The position numbers and the translations under genes are program-made. The notes beneath the pieces were generated by a model. The model ran no database searches, was not told the origin of the DNA, and saw only the letters and a list, made by a program, of their open reading frames with translations. A DNA stretch of 64,000 nt from positions 1-64,000 of the forward strand of contig JBAZBK010000009.1 in assembly GCA_041671505.1 (NCBI GenBank), given 5' to 3'. This DNA is from Thermoanaerobaculia bacterium (lineage in GTDB: Bacteria; Acidobacteriota; Thermoanaerobaculia; Gp7-AA8). Numbering within the stretch: position 1 is the first letter of the stretch; each line of letters starts with the position of its first letter. Shown piece by piece: positions 33,804-43,143 of the stretch.

Positions 33804-35573
33804 CTACCGCCTGATCGCGACCACTCCCACCAGCGACAGCATCAGGCCGAGCACGACCATGCCGCCGATCGACAAGCTCGGGACCTCCAGCGAAGTCACG
33901 ACACTGAACCCGGCGCTGGCGGTATCGTCGTCGGCGCTCGCGTCAGCGACGTTACCAGGCATCGTCACGCTCGCATTGTTGACGACCGGTCCCAACACGC
34001 CTGGAGCCGTGGCCGTCACGGTGTAGGTTGCGCTCCCTCCCGGAAGGAGCGTGACGAGGTCGTCGATGTTGCCGGCTCCTGCCGGTGTGCATGAGGAGCC
34101 CCCTGACGCCGAGCAGGTCCAATTCACGTTCGAGAGACCGGCAGGGAAGACATCGGTGACCGTCGCTCCGTTCACTGCGTCGGTCCCGGAGTTCGTCACG
34201 ACGATCGTGTACTGTACCGGCCCGTTTGGCTCGACGAGTGCGGCACTGCTGCTCTTCTGGATGGCAACATTCACCGAGAGCGGCGCGAGAAGCGCGCCCG
34301 CCGGGTACCCATAGCCCTCGAGGTGCGCGAAGCCGTACACCTGGACGCCAATCGGTGCCGCCGCGGTGACCGTATGGCCACCGCTCGTGACCGGGATCTG
34401 CGCGGCTGAGTACCCGCTTGCCGCAATCGGCGAAAAGCTGGCGCCGGGGACGAGTACGCCATCCACGAAAACCGTACCGGTCGCTGCTGCCGGCGCAACG
34501 ATGTTGAGGTGGCTGGCTGCCCAGCCACCCGTCTCGGCCGAGAATCGATACGACGACTGGAACGCCGTCGTCGGCAACACGGTCATCATTAACGGATCGC
34601 CGATCTGGTCCGGAAGATTGTCGATGTCGTCGTCCGCGGCGAACTGGGTGACGTAGACCGGGTGCGTCGTCACGATGCTAGAGTTTCCTCCGAGCGTCGT
34701 ATCGAAGTGCTCGAGGGCGTTGATTGTCGTGATCAGCGCGCCGTTGATGCGAATCTCCGTGCCGTTCTCGGACGCGAGGATGCGGACGACCTCCGGCGCG
34801 GTGCGCGGCGCGAGCCGCACGGTCAGCACATGCAGCCCCCACGCGCTGGTCGGCAGAATCTGCTCCATCGAGTAGTCGCAGCCCGAGCCATCTGCTGCGG
34901 GGACCTGAGCACACGAGCGGCCGCCGAAGACGGCTACCGGCTTGTCCGAGGCGATCGTCGTGCCGGTCAGGTCGAGGGACGTCTCGCCTGCGACGAGCAG
35001 GTAGCTGGAACCCTGGTCGAGCGACAGGACGTACGGCACCCCCGCCGTCCTCGATCCTCCGTTCGCCGTCGTGGTGACCGTTACCGTCGTGCCGTCCTCC
35101 GTTCCGACGATCGCGAACTGCGAGCCCCCGCCCAGGCCGATATGCCATGAGCTGACGATGTACGAGGTCCCGAGAGCGGCGGTCGGCAGCACAAGGTATC
35201 CGCCCCCGGTTGCAGGCCGGCGATTCCAGCCATGCACGACGACGGGGACATCCGAAGTGACGTGGATGCCGAGGCTCTCGATGACGTCGTTGTTCCAGAG
35301 TTCGGTAGTCACCGGCAGGTCCACCGTGGTCGCTGTACCCGGCACGACGACGAAGTCGATATCGATCGCAAGCGAGCTGTTCGCGATGTTGCCAGCGGCC
35401 GGCGCGGATGAGGAGATCACGAGAGACATCGTCCCGGCCGGAGGAGGTCCCGGCGGAAACCCGACCCAGAAGTCCGTGCCGGAAGTTCCGGCCGCTCCGA
35501 GCGTGGAGGGAACGAGCCCAAAACAAGCAAAGAACACCATTGAGGCCAACGTGGGCCGTCGCACGCTGTACAT
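33804..35573 (-). CDS. Cell-surface protein with an IgGFc-binding-protein N-terminal-type domain, a DUF11 domain and a C-terminal sorting signal (PEP-CTERM-like variant).
   Basis: ATG 35573 carries an AGGAG Shine-Dalgarno sequence. The signal peptide is followed by GTDFWVGFPPG, the hallmark of the IgGFc-binding N-terminal family. The DUF11 unit is PNGPVQYTIVVTNSGTDAVNGATVTDVFPAGLSNVNWTCSASGGSSCTPAGAGNI. The extreme C-terminus is EVPSLSIGGMVVLGLMLSLVGVVAIRR, a short motif plus a transmembrane helix plus a basic tail, as in exosortase substrates. Confidence 0.75.
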   Translation of the reverse strand: MYSVRRPTLASMVFFACFGLVPSTLGAAGTSGTDFWVGFPPGPPPAGTMSLVISSSAPAAGNIANSSLAIDIDFVVVPGTATTVDLPVTTELWNNDVIESLGIHVTSDVPVVVHGWNRRPATGGGYLVLPTAALGTSYIVSSWHIGLGGGSQFAIVGTEDGTTVTVTTTANGGSRTAGVPYVLSLDQGSSYLLVAGETSLDLTGTTIASDKPVAVFGGRSCAQVPAADGSGCDYSMEQILPTSAWGLHVLTVRLAPRTAPEVVRILASENGTEIRINGALITTINALEHFDTTLGGNSSIVTTHPVYVTQFAADDDIDNLPDQIGDPLMMTVLPTTAFQSSYRFSAETGGWAASHLNIVAPAAATGTVFVDGVLVPGASFSPIAASGYSAAQIPVTSGGHTVTAAAPIGVQVYGFAHLEGYGYPAGALLAPLSVNVAIQKSSSAALVEPNGPVQYTIVVTNSGTDAVNGATVTDVFPAGLSNVNWTCSASGGSSCTPAGAGNIDDLVTLLPGGSATYTVTATAPGVLGPVVNNASVTMPGNVADASADDDTASAGFSVVTSLEVPSLSIGGMVVLGLMLSLVGVVAIRR

Positions 35574-35802
35574 GTCATCGACTCCTGAAGCTTCAGATCG
35601 AGGGATCGACGACCAGCAAGCGCCGCCGCGGAAACAGACAGAATCCGCTTAACGACATAAACTCGCAATTCGGGGAAGCGGATGGGTCACTCTACCACGC
35701 GCTGGGGCGCGAGAACGTCGGGATCATCGCCCCACCGTCTGGGCCATGCTCAGCGAAACGTGAGCGGGGTGGACTGGCCGAGAAACCGCCGGCGTTTGAT
35801 TT

Positions 35803-37026
35803 CTATCCCCGCAGTGCCTCGACCGGCTCCATGCGCGAGGCGACGAGGCTCGGGTAGAGTCCCGCCGTCAGGCCGATGGAGATCGCGAAGCTGCCGGCCA
35901 TGATGATGCCGGGCATCGAGATCGGCAGGCCGCCGGGGAAGTTGCTGCCGATCGCGAGGACCAGGCCGACGCCGAGTCCTGCGCCGATGGCCGCGCCGAT
36001 CGTCGACAGCGTCATCGACTCGATGAGGAACTGGAAGAAGACCTCGCCGTCGCTCGCGCCCATCGACTTGCGCAGGCCGATCTCGTAGAGGCGCTCCCCG
36101 ATCGAGATCTTGAGCACGGAGAAGATGCCGACGCCGCCGATGACGAGCGAGACGCCGGCGATCGAGAAGAAGACGATCATCCAATTGCGCAGGATGACGT
36201 CGACTTTCTCTCTCTCCTCGAGAATCTCCTTGCCGATGTTCGTCACCTTGGTGTCTTTGATGCCGTTGTGCGCCCGGTTCATGATGCTCTTCGTCTCGTC
36301 TTCGGCCTCGACCGCGCGCTCGAACTGCGCCGCCTTGACGACCATGTACGAGACCGTGTTGCGCCCATAGATCGTCTCGTAGGTCGACAGAGGAACGTAG
36401 ATGCCGCGCGTCTCGCGCAGCATGTCGTCATCGTTGACGAAGGTCATGTCGAACTTGTGGACGACGCCGATGACTTCGAGCCGCCTGCCGGAGAGGGTGA
36501 TCTGCTCGCCGATCGCGTCGCGCTTGCCGAAGAGCTTTTCCTTCAGCTCCCAGCCGAGAACGCAGACGGGGCGAACCCCTTCCTGGTCGCGCTCGGAGAC
36601 GAACCGCCCGACAGCGGCGTCGCGGTTGCGAACGTAGGCGTATTCGGAGGTGACGCCGTAGACCGACGCCTTACGCAGCTTGCCGCCGGCGGCGATGATG
36701 CCCTCGCCCTCCGCGACAGGCGCAGTCGCGCTCGTCTCGACGGCGCTCTTGAACGCGGCGCGATCCTCCTCGCGCATGCCGCGCGAGAAGTGCACTTTCG
36801 ACTGCTGGATGCGGTCGACCGGCTGCTTGCCCGAGACGTAGAGCACGCCGTCGTAGCCGAGGTCGTTGAAGCCCTTGAGGACGCCGGCGCGCACGCCGTC
36901 GAGCAGCGAGAGGACGACGACGAGCGCGACCGTGCCGAGGATGACGCCCGAGAGCGTCAGCATCGAGCGCAGCTTGTGCGCCCGGATCTCCTCGAGGCTG
37001 GTGCGAACTGACTCTTTGACGTGCAT
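35803..37026 (-). CDS. ABC transporter permease, FtsX/MacB-type (permease 2 of the efflux operon).
   Basis: ATG 37026. The N-terminal transmembrane helix is LRSMLTLSGVILGTVALVVVLSLL. A large periplasmic MacB-like domain is followed by a C-terminal FtsX four-helix bundle ending ...SRMEPVEALRG. Confidence 0.85.
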   Translation of the reverse strand: MHVKESVRTSLEEIRAHKLRSMLTLSGVILGTVALVVVLSLLDGVRAGVLKGFNDLGYDGVLYVSGKQPVDRIQQSKVHFSRGMREEDRAAFKSAVETSATAPVAEGEGIIAAGGKLRKASVYGVTSEYAYVRNRDAAVGRFVSERDQEGVRPVCVLGWELKEKLFGKRDAIGEQITLSGRRLEVIGVVHKFDMTFVNDDDMLRETRGIYVPLSTYETIYGRNTVSYMVVKAAQFERAVEAEDETKSIMNRAHNGIKDTKVTNIGKEILEEREKVDVILRNWMIVFFSIAGVSLVIGGVGIFSVLKISIGERLYEIGLRKSMGASDGEVFFQFLIESMTLSTIGAAIGAGLGVGLVLAIGSNFPGGLPISMPGIIMAGSFAISIGLTAGLYPSLVASRMEPVEALRG

Positions 37027-37045
37027 GGCTCGTTCGTCCTTGTCG

Positions 37046-38275
37046 TTATTCGACGCGAAGCGCTTCGATCGGGTTGAGGCGTGAGGCCTTGAGCGCCGGG
37101 TAGACGCCGAAGACGATTCCGGTGCCGGCCGCGAAGACGAGCGCCTTCAAGATGACTTCGGGGGTGATGATCGCGGGCTCGTTGGTCAGCATGCTGATGC
37201 CGGTCGTGAATGCCCGTCCGAGGAAGATACCGATGATTCCCCCGAGCGCGGAGACGAGCACCGCCTCGGCCATGAACTGACCGAAGACGTGGAGGCCGCT
37301 CGCGCCGATCGCCTTGCGGATGCCGACCTCGCGGATCCGCTCGTTGAACGACGCCATCTGGATGTTCATGACGACGATGCCGCCGACGAAGAGCGAGATG
37401 ATGCCGCACACCATGAAGGTGATGTCGTACATCTTCCCCTGCTCCTCGTTCTGCTTGAGCCGTTCGACGCGCGAGATGACTTCGAAGTCGGTCACGCCGT
37501 GTTCGCGCTTGAGGATCTCTTCGACTTCCTGGACGGCTTCCTTCGCACGTTTGGTGTCTTTCATTCGAACGTGCATGAAGGCGACGCGACCGGTCTTCAG
37601 CGATTCGCCGCGGCGCGTCATGATGGTCGTGACGGGAACGAAGATCTGGCGGTTCATCCATCGGAGCGCATTTCGGCCGCTGCCGAAGGCGAAGAACTTG
37701 TGCTCCATCACCCCGACGACGACGTAGCCGGTTCCGTTGATCGTCACGGTCTTGCCGATCGGGTCGTCGCTGCCGAAGAGCTCGTTGGCCCGGTCGGTGC
37801 CGATGACGACGACGCGTGTCGCCCCCTGGATGTCGCTGTCGGTGATGAAGCGGCCGCGCTCGATTTTGAAGTCGTTCATCGGGCTGAAGGCCGGGACGAC
37901 GCCGGAGATCTCCCGCGTCTTCTCGCGATCGCCAAAGCGGAGGACCGCCTGCTCGCTGATGACGGGCGAGACGAGGTCGATCTCCTTCGCCTGGCTCCTG
38001 ATCGCCATCGCGTCGCCGAAGGTGAGTCCCTTCGATGCCGCAGCGCGCGCCGAGTCGGTCACTTTGCCCGACTGCTTGTTCCAGATGAAGATTTTCGCGA
38101 TGCCGCCGCTCATCCGGTAGAAACGCTGCGACTGCTCGCGGCCCGCCGAGGCGAGGGCGAATGTCGCCACGATCGACGCGACCCCGAGGATCACGCCGAC
38201 GAGCTGCAGCATCGTGCGACCCATGTGGGTGCGGATGTCGGCGATGCCGTCGAGGATCGATTCGAGCAGGATCAT
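37046..38275 (-). CDS. ABC transporter permease, FtsX/MacB-type (permease 1).
   Basis: ATG 38275 overlaps the ATPase stop (ATGA). The N-terminus is [42 protein letters not shown], and the FtsX C-terminus ends ...[14 protein letters not shown]. The track ORF 37046..38803 has a spurious Arg-rich extension. Confidence 0.85.
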   Translation of the reverse strand: MILLESILDGIADIRTHMGRTMLQLVGVILGVASIVATFALASAGREQSQRFYRMSGGIAKIFIWNKQSGKVTDSARAAASKGLTFGDAMAIRSQAKEIDLVSPVISEQAVLRFGDREKTREISGVVPAFSPMNDFKIERGRFITDSDIQGATRVVVIGTDRANELFGSDDPIGKTVTINGTGYVVVGVMEHKFFAFGSGRNALRWMNRQIFVPVTTIMTRRGESLKTGRVAFMHVRMKDTKRAKEAVQEVEEILKREHGVTDFEVISRVERLKQNEEQGKMYDITFMVCGIISLFVGGIVVMNIQMASFNERIREVGIRKAIGASGLHVFGQFMAEAVLVSALGGIIGIFLGRAFTTGISMLTNEPAIITPEVILKALVFAAGTGIVFGVYPALKASRLNPIEALRVE

Positions 38276-39039
38276 GCCACTGCCTCTCCCGGAAGCGCGT
38301 CGACGATCTCGCCGTCGACGATGCGGATTCTGCGGTGCGTGCGCGCGGCGATCGCCGGGTCGTGCGTGACGATGACGATCGTCTCGCCCTTGGCGGCGAG
38401 CGTCTCGAAGATGTCGATGATCTCGGTGCCGGTCTTCGAGTCGAGGTTGCCCGTCGGCTCGTCGGCCAGGATCAGCGAGGGGTTGTTCACGAGCGCGCGG
38501 GCGACGGCGACGCGCTGGCGCTGGCCGCCGGAGAGCTCCGCCGGACGGTGCTTCGCGCGGTTGCCGATGCCGACCAGCTCGAGCGCCTGGCGCGCCCGCT
38601 CGGTCCGCTCGTCGGAGTCGACGCCGGCGTAGAGCAGCGGCAGCTCGACATTCTTGAGGATCGACGCGCGAGGCAGCAGGTTGAAGGTCTGGAAGACGAA
38701 GCCGATCTTCTGGTTGCGGATCTTCGCGAGCCCGCCGCCGCCGATCGCGGCGACGTCCTGGCCGTCGAGCCAATAGCTTCCTTCGGTCGGCGAGTCGAGG
38801 CATCCGAGGATGTGCATGAGCGTCGACTTGCCCGATCCCGAAGGACCGATGATCGACACGAACTCGCCTTTGCTGATCTCGGCGTTGATTCCGCGCAGAG
38901 CTTCCACGGCGTTCTCGCCCGAGTCGTACGTCTTGCGGATCCCGTGGAGCTCGATCAGCGCGCGCTCGGGTACGGCATGGAGGCTCGGCTTTTCGACCTT
39001 CCGGCTCACCGCGAGATTCAAGATGCTCAGGATGCTCAT
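38272..39039 (-). CDS. ABC transporter ATP-binding protein (MacB/LolD-type).
   Basis: ATG 39039. Walker A is GPSGSGKST, the ABC signature is [15 protein letters not shown], Walker B is [12 protein letters not shown], and the H-loop is VTHD. Confidence 0.9.
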   Translation of the reverse strand: MSILSILNLAVSRKVEKPSLHAVPERALIELHGIRKTYDSGENAVEALRGINAEISKGEFVSIIGPSGSGKSTLMHILGCLDSPTEGSYWLDGQDVAAIGGGGLAKIRNQKIGFVFQTFNLLPRASILKNVELPLLYAGVDSDERTERARQALELVGIGNRAKHRPAELSGGQRQRVAVARALVNNPSLILADEPTGNLDSKTGTEIIDIFETLAAKGETIVIVTHDPAIAARTHRRIRIVDGEIVDALPGEAVA

Positions 39040-39137
39040 GATTGTGCCCTCAGGAATTGATTTACGGAGTTCGTACCGCAGGGTTGCGCCTCTCCGCGGG
39101 ATTCTTCAATGGACGGGCCGGCGCGTAGCGCCGGAGG

Positions 39138-39277
39138 ATCGGTAGCCCCGGGCTTCAGCCCGGGGTTGGCAAGCGACGATTTTTTCGCGCCGCGAAGCGG
39201 CGCGGGATCCTGCGCCGCTTCGCGGCGCGAATATTCGAAACGCTTGGGCCCCCGGCTGAAGCCGGGGGCTACCGATC
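39138..39277. repeat. MITE-like element with 13-bp terminal inverted repeats GATCGGTAGCCCC / GGGGCTACCGATC and internal nested hairpins (copy 1 of the GGTAGCCCC family).
   Basis: The left end is gatcggtagccccgggcttcagcccggggttggc and the right end is gcccccggctgaagccgggggctaccgatc. Internal hairpins include cgcgccgcgaagcggcgcg and gcgccgcttcgcggcgc. The element is related to copies at 53185..53334 and 58093..58281. Confidence 0.6.
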
Positions 39278-39317
39278 CGTCACCGCTTCGCGGTGAGTCC
39301 AGCTCGTGCACGCCCCA

Positions 39318-39352
39318 TTTCGAGAACAAAACGGGGCGACGCATCGCGTCGC
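39318..39352 (-). terminator. Putative intrinsic terminator or attenuator between the adaptor gene and the ATPase gene.
   Basis: On the minus strand the hairpin GGGGCGACGC-gat-GCGTCGCCCC is followed by GTTTTGTT. It lies between the 39387..40631 gene and the 38272..39039 gene. Confidence 0.4.
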
Positions 39353-39386
39353 CCCGTCGAGATTCAACCACTTTTGGTGCGGTTAG

Positions 39387-40631
39387 TTAGTCGTCGTCCT
39401 CGTTGCCGTCGCCCTTCGGGAGGGTCGGGTCTTCGAGGGCGATCTCTTCGCCCGTCTTGAGTCCCTTGAGAATCTCGACCTTCGAGTTGTCGGCAAGGCC
39501 GGTCTCGACGACGCGCTTCTCGAAGAAGTCCTTCCAGGCGTCCTTGTCGAACTCGAGCTTTTCCTTCTTCTCTTTACCCTTGTTTTCCTTTTCCTTCTTG
39601 GCGCGGGCCTCGAGGATTTCCTTCGTCTTTTCGGGGGTGAGGCTCTTCTTCACGAAGACGACGTCGCCGTCGTCCTTGTGGAAGACGCCCTCGACCGGCG
39701 CGCCGAGGACCTTGGCCTTCTTCTCGCCGAGGATCTCGATGTTCGCGGTCATGCCGGAGCGGAGCTCGTGGCCCTGGGTGTCGAGACGGATCTCGACGTC
39801 GAAGACGCGGATCTTCTCGTCGACGCGCACCGCGGGGGCGATGCGGTCGATGCGGCCGTTGAACGCGATCTTCGGGAAAGCGTCGAGCGTGACCTTCGCG
39901 GTCTGGCCGACGTGCACCTTGCCGATGTCGATCTCGTTGATGCCGGCCTTGATGATCATCGACGACGTGTCGGCGACGGTGAAGAGCACCGTGCCGGCGT
40001 TGAACGACGACACGCCGGACGTGACCGTCTCGCCGACCTGGACGTTGCGGGTGAGCACCACGCCGCTCATCGGGGCGGTGATGTTCGAGCTCGACGCGCT
40101 CGCCTGGCTGATCGGGATTCCCTGCGACTCGACGATGGAGTACTTCTCCTTCGCCGACTGGTACTCCTGCTTGGTGCGGAGGAAGTTCGTCTCGCTCTCG
40201 CGGCTCTGGTTCGCCGACATGAGGCCGGAAACGAAGAGCTTCTGGTCGGCTTCGTAGTCCTTGCGCGCCTGATCGAAGGCGATCTCCGCCTCGGCGAGCG
40301 AGCTCTTGGTCTGCGAGAGCGACTGCGCCTGGGCGAGGTCGGGCTCCACGCGCGCCAGCAGCTGGCCCTTCTGGACCACGTCGCCGTCGCGAACCATGAG
40401 CTCGACGATCTTGCCCGAGACCGGGCTCTTCACGTCGACCTTCACTTCAGGCTCGGCGTTTCCGACTTCGGTGACCTTCACCTGGATGTCGGAGGTCTCG
40501 ACCTTACCGGTGCGGACCCCCGAGTCGAGATCCTTCTTGCCGTTTCCGCGCGTTGCGAACGCGCCGGCGGCGACCAGCAGGACGATGACGACAAGGATGA
40601 TTCCGTATCTCTTCTTTTTCGACGTGCTCAT
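39387..40631 (-). CDS. Efflux transporter periplasmic adaptor subunit (HlyD/MacA family).
   Basis: ATG 40631. The N-terminal transmembrane anchor is RYGIILVVIVLLVAAGAF. A biotinyl-lipoyl-like hairpin is present (VSGKIVELMVRDGDVVQKGQLLARVEP). A coiled-coil region and beta-barrel follow, then a Lys/Glu-rich C-terminus. Confidence 0.85.
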   Translation of the reverse strand: MSTSKKKRYGIILVVIVLLVAAGAFATRGNGKKDLDSGVRTGKVETSDIQVKVTEVGNAEPEVKVDVKSPVSGKIVELMVRDGDVVQKGQLLARVEPDLAQAQSLSQTKSSLAEAEIAFDQARKDYEADQKLFVSGLMSANQSRESETNFLRTKQEYQSAKEKYSIVESQGIPISQASASSSNITAPMSGVVLTRNVQVGETVTSGVSSFNAGTVLFTVADTSSMIIKAGINEIDIGKVHVGQTAKVTLDAFPKIAFNGRIDRIAPAVRVDEKIRVFDVEIRLDTQGHELRSGMTANIEILGEKKAKVLGAPVEGVFHKDDGDVVFVKKSLTPEKTKEILEARAKKEKENKGKEKKEKLEFDKDAWKDFFEKRVVETGLADNSKVEILKGLKTGEEIALEDPTLPKGDGNEDDD

Positions 40632-40689
40632 AGTTCCCTCGTGCTTCGGTTCTGGACGGTATTCGTAGCGGGAAGGGAAATGTTTCAGG

Positions 40690-40790
40690 TTGTAACGGGA
40701 AACGGCAGGCGATAGGCGATAGGCGAGAGGCGAGAGCAGGCGGAGGAGAGGCAGGCCAAAGGCCAGAGGCCAGAGGCCAAAGCAGGCGGG
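40690..40790. repeat. Purine-rich tandem heptamer tract (GGCGATA, GGCGAGA and CAGAGGC units).
   Basis: ggcgataggcgataggcgagaggcgagagcaggcggaggagaggcaggccaaaggccagaggccagaggccaaagcaggcgg shows 7-nt periodicity. A partial inverted partner gcctctccttgcc lies at about 40838. Confidence 0.5.
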
Positions 40791-40895
40791 GAGGGGGATG
40801 TGGAGTGTCCCGCGAAGCGGGACGCAGCTTTCGCCTCTCCTTGCCGAAGCGAAGCTTCGGCGTTTCGAGCCTGGACCTGCTTCTCGGGGCGTCGT

Positions 40896-41225
40896 CTATT
40901 CGTGAATGGTGCTGTTCCCTGGCGTCACGTCGGAATTCAAACGCCGTTCGAGATCGAGCGCACCATGGAACACGCCGATGATCTCCACTCCGGCCGGGAC
41001 AATCCTGTAGACGATTCGGTAATGACCGTACAGTAGCATTCGAAGCTCCGAAGAGCTGGAGGTCTCGATTGGCGCTCCAGACTCCGGAAATCTTCGCAGC
41101 GATTCCGCGCGCTCGAGGACCCCTTCGATTACGCGCGCAGCGGCAACGGGATTCGATGCTGCGATGTAATCAAAGATGTCCCGAAGCCAGGAGCGCGCCT
41201 CGTCCGTCCAGACTACTTCGACCAT
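40896..41225 (-). CDS. Type II toxin-antitoxin system toxin, RelE/ParE family.
   Basis: ATG 41225 overlaps the antitoxin stop. The product is 109 aa and has a RelE/ParE-like pattern (RDIFDYIAASNPVAAARVIEGVLERAESLRRFPESGAP...YRIVYRIVPAGVEIIGVFHGALDL). Confidence 0.8.
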   Translation of the reverse strand: MVEVVWTDEARSWLRDIFDYIAASNPVAAARVIEGVLERAESLRRFPESGAPIETSSSSELRMLLYGHYRIVYRIVPAGVEIIGVFHGALDLERRLNSDVTPGNSTIHE

Positions 41226-41413
41226 GACCTCGCGTCGCGAACGACCTCTTCGTGGCTGACCACACGTCCCGCATCCGCATCGCGAAGGCCGCGATCGATC
41301 ATCCGGACAAACGCGATTTCCTGGAGGATCTCGTCGAACGAGCTGTCATCCGGGAGACGATCGATGATCTTTGCGATTCGCTCTTTTGCGGTCGGCGGAG
41401 GAGTCTTCGACAT
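41213..41413 (-). CDS. Type II toxin-antitoxin system antitoxin (small addiction-module component).
   Basis: Directly upstream of the toxin and overlapping it. The product is MSKTPPPTAKERIAKIIDRLPDDSSFDEILQEIAFVRMIDRGLRDADAGRVVSHEEVVRDARSWSK. The start is ambiguous, with an alternative start at 41440 in the track. Confidence 0.6.
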   Translation of the reverse strand: MSKTPPPTAKERIAKIIDRLPDDSSFDEILQEIAFVRMIDRGLRDADAGRVVSHEEVVRDARSWSK

Positions 41414-41465
41414 GCGATTGATGATACCTCGGGAGCGCACCGCCTGCCGAGGCGGGTCCTGTTCT

Positions 41466-41563
41466 CAATTCTCCATTCTCCAGTCGACATTCTTCATTTC
41501 GGTTCTCCAGCTCACTCGAAAACCGAAATGAAGAATGTCGAATGGAGAATGAAGAATGAAGAA
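41466..41563. repeat. Heptamer-repeat palindromic intergenic element E1 (GAATGAA family).
   Basis: The left arm is cattctccattctccagtcgacattcttcatttcgg and the right arm is ccgaaatgaagaatgtcgaatggagaatgaagaatgaagaa. The arms are reverse complements with 2-3 mismatches and share the core CCGAAATGAAGAATGTCGAATG with E2, E3 and E4. Confidence 0.75.
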
Positions 41564-41588
41564 CGGCGCGGGTCGCGTGACTGAGCGG

Positions 41589-42374
41589 TTATCTGCCCAG
41601 CCCCCACCGCCTCCGCACCTTCCTCTCCCACACCCCGAACACGAAGCGGTCGGTGACGAGGCCGAGGGTGATGATCACGACCATGACGGCGACGACCTGG
41701 CTCATGTCGTTGAGCTCGCGGCCCATCATGAGCAGGTGCCCCAGGCCGGGGAGCGTGTAGAGGAGCTCGCCCGCCATCAGCGAGCGCCAGGCGAACGACC
41801 AGCCTAACTTCATGCCGGTGACGATCGACGGCAGGGCGGCGGGGAAGATGACCGAGGTGTAGAGCTGGAGGCCGCGCGCGCCGAGGTTGCGCGCGGCGCG
41901 GGTGTAGATCGGCGGCGTGTTGTGGACGCCGTCCTGCGTCGCCTGCGCGATCGAGAGCACGGCGCCCATCACGACGACGAAGAGGATCGCGGTCTCGGAG
42001 AGACCGAACCAGAGGAGTGCGAGCGGCAGCCAGCAGATGCTCGGCAGCGCCTGGAGCCCCATCACGAGGAGCCCGAGCGTCTCGGCGAGCCAGCGGACGC
42101 GCGCGAGCAGCACGCCGATCACGAGGCCGATCACCGTCGCGATCGCGTAGCCGGCGACGAGGCGCTTGAGGCTCCCGGCGATGCCGAGCAGGAACGTGCG
42201 ATCTTCGAAGCCGAGCGTAAGGGCGCGCGCGACGCCGGTCGGCGACGGGAAGAGATACTCGGGCCAGAGCTTCATCCGGCTGAGCGCTTCCCACGCAGCG
42301 ACGATCGCGACGAAGAAGATGACGCGCCGCGCGATGTCGGCGGCGCTCAGGTCGAGCACGAGCTTCCCGTTCAT
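41589..42374 (-). CDS. ABC transporter permease (SsuC/TauC/NrtB-type, aliphatic sulfonate/nitrate family).
   Basis: ATG 42374 follows the upstream ATPase stop after 5 nt. It contains a BPD_transp_1-type EAA-like region and six transmembrane helices (LKRLVAGYAIATVIGLVIGVLLAR...). Confidence 0.85.
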   Translation of the reverse strand: MNGKLVLDLSAADIARRVIFFVAIVAAWEALSRMKLWPEYLFPSPTGVARALTLGFEDRTFLLGIAGSLKRLVAGYAIATVIGLVIGVLLARVRWLAETLGLLVMGLQALPSICWLPLALLWFGLSETAILFVVVMGAVLSIAQATQDGVHNTPPIYTRAARNLGARGLQLYTSVIFPAALPSIVTGMKLGWSFAWRSLMAGELLYTLPGLGHLLMMGRELNDMSQVVAVMVVIITLGLVTDRFVFGVWERKVRRRWGLGR

Positions 42375-42378
42375 GCGG

Positions 42379-43143
42379 TCAGCCGGCGGCAACGGTCACC
42401 TCGTCGACGAGCTTGACGTCGGCGGAGATCCGCCGCGCGTAGGCGTTGACCGCGGCGTCGTCGATCTGCCGCGGGCGGGGAAGGTCGATCGCATGCTCGG
42501 CGACGATCCGTCCCGGGCGCGGCGACATGACGAGGACGCGATCCCCGAGGACGACCGCCTCGCGGACGTTGTGGGTGATGAAGACGATCGTCTTGCGGGT
42601 CGAGAGCCAGATCTCCTGAAGCTCGGTGTGGAGGATGCCGCGCGTGATCGCGTCCAGCGCGCCGAACGGCTCGTCGAGCAGCAGCACGTCGGGCTCGACG
42701 GCGAGGGCGCGCGCGAGGCTGACGCGCTGACGCATACCGCCCGAGAGCTCGTGGACCGCGGCGTGCGCGAACGGTTCGAGGTGAACCATCCGGAGGAGCT
42801 GCATCGCGCGCGCCTCGCGGACGTCGGGCGCAAGCTTCTTCATCTTCAGCCCGAACTCGACGTTTGCGAGCACCGAGAGCCAGGGGAAGAGCGCGCCGTC
42901 CTGGAACATCAGCGCGCGTGACGGAGCGGTACCGGTGACCGCCTCTCCGTTGGCGAGGATCGCGCCTCCGCTCGGGAACTCGAGCCCCGCGAGCATGTAG
43001 AGCAGCGTCGACTTGCCGCACCCCGAGGGGCCGACGACGCAGACGAACTCGCCGTCGCGGATGTCGAGATCGATCCCTTCGAGAGCCGTTACGCTGCGGC
43101 TCCCTTCGAAGGTCTTCGACACGGAGCGCGCTTCGAGCCTCAC
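42379..43143 (-). CDS. ABC transporter ATP-binding protein (SsuB/TauB-type).
   Basis: GTG start at 43143 overlaps the upstream stop (GTGA). Walker A is GPSGCGKST, the signature is LSGGMRQRVSLARAL, and Walker B is LLLDEPFGALD. Confidence 0.85.
   Translation of the reverse strand: MRLEARSVSKTFEGSRSVTALEGIDLDIRDGEFVCVVGPSGCGKSTLLYMLAGLEFPSGGAILANGEAVTGTAPSRALMFQDGALFPWLSVLANVEFGLKMKKLAPDVREARAMQLLRMVHLEPFAHAAVHELSGGMRQRVSLARALAVEPDVLLLDEPFGALDAITRGILHTELQEIWLSTRKTIVFITHNVREAVVLGDRVLVMSPRPGRIVAEHAIDLPRPRQIDDAAVNAYARRISADVKLVDEVTVAAG

Noticed and set aside
38276-38803. The N-terminal 176-aa extension of track ORF 37046..38803.
   Set aside because: The extension, RRRDRRRRA and so on, is an antisense/alternate-frame artefact across the ATPase gene. 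ATG 38275 gives a normal FtsX N-terminus and ATGA coupling.
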